Shown here piece after piece: positions 28,862-39,330 of a stretch of DNA of 44,281 nt. Below the pieces are notes generated by a model that made no database searches, was not told where the DNA came from, and saw only the letters and a list, made by a program, of their open reading frames with translations. Source of the DNA: Chloroflexota bacterium (GTDB taxonomy: Bacteria; Patescibacteriota; Saccharimonadia; Saccharimonadales; Saccharimonadaceae); contig SEAL01000020.1 of assembly GCA_004145215.1 (NCBI GenBank), positions 1 to 44,281 of the forward strand, given 5' to 3'. Every line of letters starts with the position of its first letter. The stretch's first letter is position 1. A program made the position numbers and the translations under genes.

Positions 28862-29587
28862 AAAAAATCCCGCTAGATAGCGAGTCGAGGCAAGTTTAGA
28901 TGCTGTATGACAGCTAGATACGTCACCCGAAGGTGGGAGCGGAAAGGCTATGTTGCCTGTCGACCGCTCCCACCCGGAAGATGAGGGTGGATAGGCTCGG
29001 TAGCCAATCTTCCTCCCTCATCTGGGCGTGTTACTGCACCACCGGTTTCAGGTTGCTTGACAGATGAATGTGTTCGCTGCCGATGAGCGATGAGCATTCA
29101 GTCCCTGCTGCCGGGCGGTAAAGCTATTGAGTTGTTCTTCTGGTAGTACTCCGGGGCGGATCACAAAGTATGTAATCGCATCAGATACATCCTTCCAACA
29201 TGTTGGCTTTTCAGACAGAATCGATGGACTGGCACTGCGAGTTTTGCAGTGCTAGGTGAAACCACGAACATGAATCATACTCAAGTCCCTTCAGTCGAAG
29301 CGAGTAGCTCGCCGGCGATGATCAGGAGGTGGCGACGCGGTCCGGGGGGACGCTGACGTCGACGCCCGCGATGTCCGAGGAGTTCACGTGAAGCTCGTGG
29401 TTGCCGCAGTGTTTCATGCTTTTCTTCATGATGCCTCTTTCGTCGGACCGACCTGAAGTAACAGAATTGTCACTACAGGTTACCAGCTATTCGTCGAATA
29501 ACCACTAACCTATAGTGAACAATATATACGTATCTAGCTTGTCAAAGTACCAAGCAGACGCGGGAATAATTCACCGGATCTGATGAT
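28862..29587 (-). other. Unassigned GC-rich, ORF-poor, hairpin-dense transcribed-looking region (candidate structured RNA / sORF locus)
   Basis: No ORF of 60 aa or more in any frame. Promoter at 29594-29622. Multiple stems of 7-11 bp. U6 tract at the 3' end in minus orientation. Details are in the findings; the strand assignment is tentative. Confidence 0.35.
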
Positions 29588-29593
29588 ATAAAG

Positions 29594-29622
29594 ATAATAA
29601 CACACATTAACATAATAGTCAA
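29594..29622 (-). promoter_or_regulatory. Near-consensus sigma70-like promoter reading into the GC-rich locus
   Basis: Minus strand: TTGACT (29622-29617), 17 nt, TATTAT (29599-29594). It sits just downstream of the pilin-operon stop codon. Confidence 0.5.
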
Positions 29623-29640
29623 TACTATTTTATAAACGCT

Positions 29641-31047
29641 TTAAAATAACTGTCGATAGCTCAGGACAGTAAAATTAGCCGCCATCGTCACAGTCGCGGG
29701 CGGTATATCCATCCAGGAATTAGCGCCATAATCATACCCACTGATGTCGACATAATTACCCAATACAGCCCCCATCTTTGCGTTAACCGACCTGGGGCCA
29801 TTCAGATGTGCTTGTCCAAAATATGCCCACAAAACCGCGCCGTCACCGGTGCAAAAAACACAGTTGATCGCAAGTGTGTTTACAGAGTTTTGCAGCTCTT
29901 GGCCGGATATGACAGAGCAGGTAGGACTAATGCTGCAGCTATTGTTAATCGATTTGAAACTAATAATACGAACAGATACGCCGCTACTATTGGCTTTTAT
30001 CAAGCCGCCTAAGTCAACCGCCCCGTTAACAACTATCGTAGGTGGTGCCGTTAATCCATTTTTTACCGTTAAAGTCGCACTATAATCTAATTTGAAATCA
30101 CCCTCGACATATACGTCACCCTCTATAATGCTATTACAATAAAAATCGATAGTTACATTTTGTGAATATTTCGTACGATCTTTGAGCGTCGTTGGCCCCG
30201 GTGGAAGAGGGCTTGCTCCACAGCTGTCCGACAAGCCTGTACGACTGTTCGTCATAGAGGTTGTGTAGCCAGCTTTATCGAACTGCGGCATTGACATCGG
30301 CTGTGCCGTACACGGATTAATAAAGCCGCTAGATGGTACGACACCAGTACCGCTCGTTTGATTCGTGGCGCATAACGTACCGTTAATACGTGTGTTATAG
30401 CCCATCGTTATTGGCTGCTCATTGCTCGGACATTGCGATGGATAATTTCCGTTCACCATACAGGCAATGCCACCGACCTGCAGATTCACTGGCAGTGATG
30501 CCGTACCAATTGTCGCATAGTTTTCTAAACGTAATTTACCCATGACGTAAACATTGCCACTCGGCCCTCTGGACGCAGTCATAAATATCCCTCCAGGACC
30601 TGCGAATACACTTGGACTAATTTCTATTTGCTTTGAGCTGACGACAACTTCGATACTTTTTTTATTCGTAGCTGTTGCAGCTGTTCCCGAGCCCGTTGCG
30701 TAGATATAGCCAGTCGAAACGATCGTCTTTGTCAGATCAGAATTTGTCGTCACTGTCGTTCCGTATTCAGCTTTACCTTGAGATGTATTATTATAAAACT
30801 CTTTCCGAGCACCATCCGTATCTGGGTATCCGGCAAAACTAGGGCTCATTCGTAGTTGTGCGATAGTGTCGCTAACCCCGGCCTCGGCAACCGATATAGC
30901 AGCATCGCCATAGCTACTTTTCTTTGTAGAGGCGTAGCTAGCACCAATTACTCCGGCAACACTCAACCCGATACCCGTTAATACCGAAATGATGATTATC
31001 GCTAAAATTATCACATAGCCAAACTGTTTTTTTCTAACACGAATCAT
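29641..31047 (-). CDS. Large PilX-like minor pilin / pilus-associated protein
   Basis: 468 aa. N-terminal hydrophobic helix FGYVIILAIIIISVLTGIGLSVAG (PilX_N style). 4-nt ATGA overlap with the upstream pilin gene. Its C-terminal half is paralogous to that of the 550-aa protein. Confidence 0.6.
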   Translation of the reverse strand: MIRVRKKQFGYVIILAIIIISVLTGIGLSVAGVIGASYASTKKSSYGDAAISVAEAGVSDTIAQLRMSPSFAGYPDTDGARKEFYNNTSQGKAEYGTTVTTNSDLTKTIVSTGYIYATGSGTAATATNKKSIEVVVSSKQIEISPSVFAGPGGIFMTASRGPSGNVYVMGKLRLENYATIGTASLPVNLQVGGIACMVNGNYPSQCPSNEQPITMGYNTRINGTLCATNQTSGTGVVPSSGFINPCTAQPMSMPQFDKAGYTTSMTNSRTGLSDSCGASPLPPGPTTLKDRTKYSQNVTIDFYCNSIIEGDVYVEGDFKLDYSATLTVKNGLTAPPTIVVNGAVDLGGLIKANSSGVSVRIISFKSINNSCSISPTCSVISGQELQNSVNTLAINCVFCTGDGAVLWAYFGQAHLNGPRSVNAKMGAVLGNYVDISGYDYGANSWMDIPPATVTMAANFTVLSYRQLF

Positions 31048-31451
31048 TCAGTTAATCCCGATGCGCCGATAAGTGTCGTTAGCGTCGTTGATTTTGTCAT
31101 ACTTCCGACCGGCCATGACACAGTGACATCCGCCTTTTTTAAACCCGACATGCCAGCAGGCATAGTCACGTCAACCCTACCCGTTGAACCGCTTGGAAGC
31201 GACGCCGGCAGGCTAGACGTAAATATAATTGGCGTCGCAGGATCGAGTGAAGCATACTGCCCATTTCGCAGTATTTCAATCTGTGAGCGCGCAGCACGTG
31301 TTGCCGTTGACAAATATTGCACTTCTCGCTGAGAATACTGCATATATGAAAATAACGACGTCAGAGTTGCCGCCGCCATACCAAACATTGCGATTACAAC
31401 AACCAGTTCAACGATCGTAAAGCCGTTATATCGGACGATGAGACTCTTCAT
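31044..31451 (-). CDS. Prepilin-type N-terminal cleavage/methylation domain protein (minor pilin)
   Basis: 135 aa. MKSLIVRYNG|FTIVELVVVIAMFGMAAATL shows the class III signal peptide with G-F-T-x-x-E. Confidence 0.75.
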   Translation of the reverse strand: MKSLIVRYNGFTIVELVVVIAMFGMAAATLTSLFSYMQYSQREVQYLSTATRAARSQIEILRNGQYASLDPATPIIFTSSLPASLPSGSTGRVDVTMPAGMSGLKKADVTVSWPVGSMTKSTTLTTLIGASGLTE

Positions 31452-31463
31452 TCGGTCGACCCT

Positions 31464-31883
31464 CTACGGCCTCACGACGATGTCAGCGTCCGAAACCCCG
31501 CCATTCCAGTTATTTTTTGCAACCGTAATGGTGTACTTTACGCATGTCTGCGGGCTACTACTGCACGATCCGTCGCTTGCATTCAAGGCAGTATATAAAT
31601 ATATCGGTTTGTTAAATTCAGTCGCCAATGTATTACCAGAGGGACTATTAATATAGGAGTATGCGGCATTTTTTGTTTCGGGGTAACGATTATTATCCGT
31701 GAAATACTCACCTAGCTTTAGCTTTACTTGCTGGGCATTCGTATCTAATGAAGTTTTTGTGGCGCGCTGCTGAGATGTGACATATGACACAATAGCGATA
31801 CTCGACAGAATACCTATAACGGCAATAACAACGACCAATTCGACAATAGTGAATCCACTTATTTTTTGAAGTTTAGGTAACAT
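31464..31883 (-). CDS. Type IV pilin (139 aa; start revised relative to the ORF track)
   Basis: From ATG 31883: MLPKLQKISG|FTIVELVVVIAVIGILSSIAIVSY. The longer track ORF (to 31988) overlaps the upstream gene and adds a non-pilin extension. Confidence 0.75.
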   Translation of the reverse strand: MLPKLQKISGFTIVELVVVIAVIGILSSIAIVSYVTSQQRATKTSLDTNAQQVKLKLGEYFTDNNRYPETKNAAYSYINSPSGNTLATEFNKPIYLYTALNASDGSCSSSPQTCVKYTITVAKNNWNGGVSDADIVVRP

Positions 31884-31922
31884 TTTTTTCTTTCTATAAG
31901 CGTATACGTTTTCTATTGTATT

Positions 31923-31951
31923 ATCATACCTCTCGCCAAATATAATGTCAA
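31923..31951 (-). promoter_or_regulatory. Internal promoter in front of the 139-aa pilin gene
   Basis: Minus strand: TTGACA (31951-31946), 17 nt, TATGAT (31928-31923). Confidence 0.5.
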
Positions 31952-31968
31952 AATAACAGCACGATGGC

Positions 31969-33621
31969 TTACTGATCGAACCATACATATGGCTTTAAAT
32001 TAACGATCGTCCCGTAACCAAAGGATAACTTTTGAGCGGCAACCGTTCCATTAACAGTAACGCTAATTCCCGTAAGTATCCGCCCGAAATACGCATAGTA
32101 CGATCCATCATAGACTGAACCCGTTCCGGAAAGCGAGATTGCTGTCTGTACATTGAAGAAAGGATTCGCCGCATCGTATATTGTTTTGGGATCCTGTGTA
32201 ATATACGCGTCATCTGCGGATTTCGCTGAATCTAATGAATAAAAACTGACAAAGATTGGCGTTATTGATGTCGTTGTTTCAACTCTCATATTAGTGAAAT
32301 TTATCCGTCCATTCACAACAACGATAGGTCTCTTTGTTAGCGTTGGATCGACAGTCAAGATCGTAGTACCGGGAGCGCTATCCCCTAAAACGAAGTCGCC
32401 AGTAATGTATAGATCGCCGCGCAGATTCACCGTCTTTGCGCCCGTCGCTAATACGTTACCGGTAAACTTTGTTAAAGCAGGAAGCTCCATGCTCGCACAA
32501 CTGGATTGACAGGTTCTACCAGGTACAACGCTCGTCATCCTCGCTGCGTGCCCGGCTTTGTCGAAAAGTGGCTGATTATTTATTTTTGGAGTGCAGGGAA
32601 CTTCGAGGCCGTAAATGCGCGCACCGAATGAACCTGTATACGTAGATGACACTTGATCCCTCGCGCAAACCCGACTTGCTCGAATCTCAGAGCCTGATGG
32701 CCCGGACCCATTGAGTGCGATTGGCTCGCTAGGCGAGCAGGATGTACCATAAGATGCGTTTGTTCCGCAGCCATTGTTAAGTATATCTATTTTACCAATC
32801 GGCGCTGACGTCGTCCCAATTATGTCACCCTGCCCCAGCGTTAATCCGCCGGCAGAAAACAAATTAGTACCAGGGCCGCCATTTACGCGGGTGTTCCCTG
32901 CAAAATCAAGCCCACCAAAACCCGATGTCATTTGAGCATTATTTGAAAACTTTAATATAATCCGCGGAGTCATCATTGAATCGTCCGTCATGTTAATCTG
33001 TTGACCAGATTGAGTCCTTTCAAACGATAACGTCGTCTTTACAGATCCAGCCAAAATAGGATCCATCGTTGTCGTACCTGTTTTTGTATAATATGTAAAA
33101 GAAAGTCCGGCTGTATTATTGGCAATTAGTATATCTGAGGGACAACCGCCACTCGCCGTTGCAGGACATGTCAATGTTGTTATCGCATTTTCGCTATCGG
33201 GATACGCAATAGTGCGTTTATAGATGTTGCTGTCTTTCCGGTAATAGACAATAGTATCATATGCGCGGGCAGCACTATCGTATGTACCTCCATCAGCTTT
33301 TAGCGCAGGTTGTGCAATGACGAGAGTAGACGCACTGCTCGCCCACTCCCCTGACGCGGACGGCGCACTTGGATCGGGTGTGGAGTTATTTGACATCACC
33401 CCATACGATCGGCGGACATCATCGTTGATACGACCTAATGTTGTCTGAATCGTATTTGTTAGCTGACTTCTTGTTTGTGCTATCGCTGATTGACCGAGCG
33501 ATGTCACCATAAAACCAATAAGAGCAATGCTAAGTATTGTCGTCAGTGCCATCGCAACAACAAGTTCGACGATAGTATAACCCGCATTGCCCGTTGTCAC
33601 CCATAAATGTTTGTGTTTCAT
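31969..33621 (-). CDS. Large prepilin-type N-terminal domain protein (giant minor pilin / tip-protein candidate)
   Basis: 550 aa. MKHKHLWVTTGNAG|YTIVELVVAMALTTILSIALIGF is a class III signal peptide, followed by a long Ser/Thr/Gly-rich beta-type body. Confidence 0.7.
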   Translation of the reverse strand: MKHKHLWVTTGNAGYTIVELVVAMALTTILSIALIGFMVTSLGQSAIAQTRSQLTNTIQTTLGRINDDVRRSYGVMSNNSTPDPSAPSASGEWASSASTLVIAQPALKADGGTYDSAARAYDTIVYYRKDSNIYKRTIAYPDSENAITTLTCPATASGGCPSDILIANNTAGLSFTYYTKTGTTTMDPILAGSVKTTLSFERTQSGQQINMTDDSMMTPRIILKFSNNAQMTSGFGGLDFAGNTRVNGGPGTNLFSAGGLTLGQGDIIGTTSAPIGKIDILNNGCGTNASYGTSCSPSEPIALNGSGPSGSEIRASRVCARDQVSSTYTGSFGARIYGLEVPCTPKINNQPLFDKAGHAARMTSVVPGRTCQSSCASMELPALTKFTGNVLATGAKTVNLRGDLYITGDFVLGDSAPGTTILTVDPTLTKRPIVVVNGRINFTNMRVETTTSITPIFVSFYSLDSAKSADDAYITQDPKTIYDAANPFFNVQTAISLSGTGSVYDGSYYAYFGRILTGISVTVNGTVAAQKLSFGYGTIVNLKPYVWFDQ

Positions 33622-33673
33622 ATAGCTAATGCTTATTTAAGCACGCTCTCACGGCAGTAGCAAGAACAGTTGA

Positions 33674-35752
<2,079 letters not shown>

Positions 35753-36022
35753 ATTGTTCTGATTACGAATTATCGTTCTCCTGCCGCCTGCATTACTACA
35801 AGGGCGCTACCTTACTTTGTCTTTCTTCTCTCTATCTCGCAAATAGACATAGGGAACGGGGTACGTGTCGACCGAATTCATTATTTAGTATTTTTTTGAA
35901 AATGTTCATTTCGGTACCCGTGCGACATTTGTCGGTAGGCTCATTTGCTGCTCATTCTTCCCACTCGCATGTATGCCGTTTCCGCCATACCCGTAGTTGA
36001 ACTCACAAATGTGCTATGACTC

Positions 36023-36051
36023 ATTTTACTTGACCTTGCGTAAAATGTCAA
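36023..36051 (-). promoter_or_regulatory. Consensus-like promoter about 265 nt upstream of the CHAP gene
   Basis: Minus strand: TTGACA (36051-36046), 17 nt, TAAAAT (36028-36023). Confidence 0.55.
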
Positions 36052-36132
36052 TATATTTTTTAAAATGGTGATTTTGTCAATCAAGATTTCCTATGTCGCC
36101 GAAGGCCGTTCACCGCTTTGCCGAAGGGCTTA

Positions 36133-37275
36133 CTATGGTAGCAAGCACTTCTCTAGACAGTATTTTGCGACATTCGCATCATGTTCGGCATTCGTTCGCG
36201 CAAAATACGTTTTGTCGTCGTCACCACTAACAAAGAACAGATAATCGCCCGCCGCTGGAGTCGCAACAGCCTTTAGCGCACTCAGGCCAGGTGACGCAAT
36301 CGGCCCTGGTGGCAGCCCCTTGTATTTACGCGTATTATACGGCGAATCCAGATTAAAATCGCGGGCGACATTCATTTTGTCGGCTGCGTAGTGATAGGTT
36401 ACGTCAGACCCCAGATTCATCCCTTGTTTAATGCGTGAATAGAACACTTGCGCTACTTGTGCAGAATCGGTTGCGCTTGATACTTCACGCTGAACAATAG
36501 ACGCCAGAGTTATTCCCTGAAATAGTGTCATGTTTTGAGCTTTTAGCTTTGTCGTGAGGTTTTCGGCGATGATTTGCTTTTGCAATTCATCGAGCGTGCG
36601 CACAATAATATCTTCTGGTGTTGCACTACTGGCGAATCGATACGTCTCACCATATATATAGCCCTCCAAATCTGCCGTTGCTGGCTTGGTCGCAAGCGCA
36701 GGATGATCATACTGCTTTTTTAATGCCGCATCGACATCCGCGGCGCTGTATCCGGCAGCAATGATTCGTTTACGGTGATTTGCCAACGTGTCGCCCGGTA
36801 GGAAGGTCAAGCTAAACTCGTCAACCTTGCCTGATACTAAATGATCAACGATTTGTGGTACAGATTCGCTTTTTTGCAGATTGTACGCACCAGCTTTTAA
36901 CTGCGATTTTGTCCCTGATATTTCTGTATAGGCAATAAAAGCAGTTCGGCTCTTGATCAACCCCTCTTGTTTCAACTAACCGATAAACAATTTTTTAACC
37001 AATGATTTTTTCTTTTTAGGCTTTGCGCCGCTATCACCCAGACTATCCAAAGTTAGCTCAGCAGGACTTTGTGGCTGTGGCTGCGGTCCTGGCGGAGGTA
37101 GTATAGTGTTCTGTAGCGCATGCTCGCCCAGCAGCTCATGCGGCTTTGGTGCAGGTAATTCATGATCGTAACGTAATTCCGGCTGACGAACCGGCTGCGG
37201 CGTCGGCACGACTCGAGGCAGCGACACACCATCAATCGAACGGGGCTTTGGCTGATTATCGTTGTCAGGACGCAT
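36133..37275 (-). pseudogene. mltG: Endolytic murein transglycosylase MltG (YceG-like), interrupted by an in-frame TAG and lacking the TM segment
   Basis: The 280-aa part has YceG motifs (KAGAYNL, GITLASIVQREV, SPYNTRKYKGLPPGPIASPG). The 99-aa Pro-rich N-terminal part ends KKKKSLVKKLFIG. A TAG at 36976-36978 joins the two parts in the same frame. Confidence 0.7.
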
Positions 37276-37693
37276 AATGTATCTCCATGTAATCTTGTAG
37301 TATTATCGCTGCTGCGCGCGCATCAATGTCGCCTTTTGTATACGGCTGACGTGACGCCTTCAGTTGCTCTTCTGCCATGACGCTCGTTAGGGACTCATCC
37401 TGATAAACGATCGGAGCTATATCAGTCAACTGAGCTGCAAATGTTTTAACATACTCGGTTTGCGCAGTGGCTTCACCGGATTGATTGCGGGGATATCCAA
37501 CGACGATCAGCTCTGCATTTTCCGTAACAACGATTTCTGCGATCTGCTTGACTTCGTCACCCTGGACCTCGATAGTCGTCAGCGGTATCGCAATTCTAAT
37601 TGATGTATCAACCGTTGCAACACCTATTCGACGTTCACCGACATCCAGCGCAATGATGGTTTTAGCTGCTGGCATTCTGCAGTTTAAACTCAA
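37265..37693 (-). CDS. ruvX: Holliday-junction-resolvase-like RNase RuvX (YqgF)
   Basis: IIALDVGERRIGVA, IVVGYPRNQSG and DESLTSV motifs are present. The start is more likely the ATG at 37675 (MPAAKTII). Confidence 0.85.
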   Translation of the reverse strand: MSLNCRMPAAKTIIALDVGERRIGVATVDTSIRIAIPLTTIEVQGDEVKQIAEIVVTENAELIVVGYPRNQSGEATAQTEYVKTFAAQLTDIAPIVYQDESLTSVMAEEQLKASRQPYTKGDIDARAAAIILQDYMEIHYAS

Positions 37694-39320
37694 TTTTAAT
37701 TTTATTTACATCGTTTGGTACAGTTCGCACCCAGAACGGCGAGAACTTGGTGTCGGCATCATTAACGCCTTCAATTTCTTTCAGTGTTGACTGGATTTCA
37801 CCGTAGCGCTTGCCTTTTACCTGCTCTTTGATCGCATCATCATCAATCTTTGGACCGACTTTTCCAGTCGTCTCGATAGTGACAGATGCATTATTGCCAG
37901 TCTGTTTGAACGCGGTCAGCTTGACACCAGTAACACCGTCGTCATAAATTCGCTGATCATCTTTGCTAGTTAATTGCTGTTCGATAGCTCCCTGGAAATA
38001 TGCGCTGAGGTCATTTTTTGCAACGCCCGTAACTGTATACGTCACTTCGCTTGTCAGCTTTGCTTTACCGGATGCGGCTTCCTTGCCGATGGCAGGTTCT
38101 GATCGCGGGTCGGCAGCATTTGCGACAAAACTATCCTGAATGACGACAACGCCATCATCAAATTTTGCTATCAACGCAGCTTTTTTGTCGTCACCTTTTT
38201 GTTCATTCAACTGTTGCGTCGCTTTCTGAACATCTGCAGCTGTGACGATTTTTATAGTCTTTTTTGATCCACCAGCCATCTGGCTACCAGCTGCAGTTAT
38301 GCCATCCACCGTTGAATCATAATTCCGGCCAGACAAGTTACACTGCTCGCCAACCGCCGTCGCCTGGACTCGTACATCGATCGTGCCAGGAACAATCGAA
38401 AAGCCCGAACCGTTAAAGCCACCAGGTGTCGCACCAGGAACAGTCACCTGACTCTGCGTGACAAAGGTACACTCACCATTACTAAATCCTGCGCCGAATG
38501 GTACATTTACTGCGCCTGGTGCTGAACGGGTCAGTGTTAGCGTACCAGCAGCACGCTCTCCAACTTCTTCGGTTCCAGTTGCATCGAATTCGACTGATGA
38601 TTCTTGCTTGTCTTCTTGGACAATTGATTTCACCGTTGCGGCATCGGTGTCAGTTTTCAATGTCGCACCTAGCGCCACTTGTGTCTTTATAGGAACTTCA
38701 GTAGTCCGTGCGTCGATGACGACAGTCGCGTGAGGAGCGAACCAAATTGCCCACACCAAAAAGCCAATTAACAATATTCCTAATCCACCAAATATGAATA
38801 GCTTCTTGCGAAAACTATTGAAACTCGGCACCTTAATCTTGTTCTTTGACTTTGGTTTTCCTGGCTTTTCACCATCAGACGGAGGAAGCGCACGAGTACT
38901 GTCGTCGTCAATATCGATACCTGATATCACACTCGCTGGAACGCCCGGCGTCTTTTTGACGTCGCTTGTACGTGCCAACTCTCCGACGGGCAATTGCTCG
39001 CCATCGATAATATCATCGTCATCGTCAACCTGCAGTGCTGGAATTTCAGCAATTTCGGGTTTGCTCTGCAAGTTCTTTGCAACGGGAATTTTAGCACTAC
39101 CTGCAAGGGCTAGCAACGCCTGGTTATTTGTTATTAAAACTAAATGCTTATTATTCAGATCAGCAGTGCGCGCTAGTAGTCGCAAGTTAACCGCACTTTG
39201 CAATACGCCAATACGCTTTGGCGGCACTAGTGCAACTACTTTTTCTTTGGCAGCTTTAACTTTACCGATTATCGCGGTAATGTCGTCTTCTACATCGATA
39301 TAAATTACGTCTTTTTGCAT
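37662..39320 (-). CDS. Hypothetical bitopic membrane protein (cytoplasmic N-domain, one TM, large extracytoplasmic domain)
   Basis: 552 aa with TM LFIFGGLGILLIGFLVWAIWFAP near residue 180. No family confidently recognised. Confidence 0.5.
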   Translation of the reverse strand: MQKDVIYIDVEDDITAIIGKVKAAKEKVVALVPPKRIGVLQSAVNLRLLARTADLNNKHLVLITNNQALLALAGSAKIPVAKNLQSKPEIAEIPALQVDDDDDIIDGEQLPVGELARTSDVKKTPGVPASVISGIDIDDDSTRALPPSDGEKPGKPKSKNKIKVPSFNSFRKKLFIFGGLGILLIGFLVWAIWFAPHATVVIDARTTEVPIKTQVALGATLKTDTDAATVKSIVQEDKQESSVEFDATGTEEVGERAAGTLTLTRSAPGAVNVPFGAGFSNGECTFVTQSQVTVPGATPGGFNGSGFSIVPGTIDVRVQATAVGEQCNLSGRNYDSTVDGITAAGSQMAGGSKKTIKIVTAADVQKATQQLNEQKGDDKKAALIAKFDDGVVVIQDSFVANAADPRSEPAIGKEAASGKAKLTSEVTYTVTGVAKNDLSAYFQGAIEQQLTSKDDQRIYDDGVTGVKLTAFKQTGNNASVTIETTGKVGPKIDDDAIKEQVKGKRYGEIQSTLKEIEGVNDADTKFSPFWVRTVPNDVNKIKIEFKLQNASS

Positions 39321-39330
39321 CTCGTGTTTG

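Noticed and set aside
29580-29586. CUGAUGA string (hammerhead ribozyme core)
   Set aside because: No flanking stems I/II/III and no correctly placed GAAA. It lies in an AT-rich promoter-proximal segment, so it is probably chance.
28848-29640. Tried to read the GC-rich locus as RNase P RNA, tmRNA, SRP/4.5S RNA or 6S RNA
   Set aside because: No GAGGAAAGUCC / ACAGAA-CCGGCUUA P4 pair is present; the CAGUCC/GGACUG pairing after an ACAGAA is only ~125 nt apart and lacks the bulged U. There is no tRNA-like 3' end (T-arm plus ACCA) or tag-peptide frame for tmRNA. The match to the SRP CCGGAAGGAAGCAGCC motif stops after CCGGAAG. A formal cmsearch is still needed.
31884-31988. N-terminal extension of the pilin ORF (track start at 31988)
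   Set aside because: The extension overlaps the upstream gene by 20 nt, contains the internal promoter, and would bury the class III signal peptide 35 residues into the protein. ATG 31883 gives a canonical prepilin leader.
36098-36127. GCCGAAGG repeated twice downstream of mltG, considered as a terminator
   Set aside because: The two copies are direct, not inverted. Each forms only a 3-bp mini-hairpin, and no U-tract follows.
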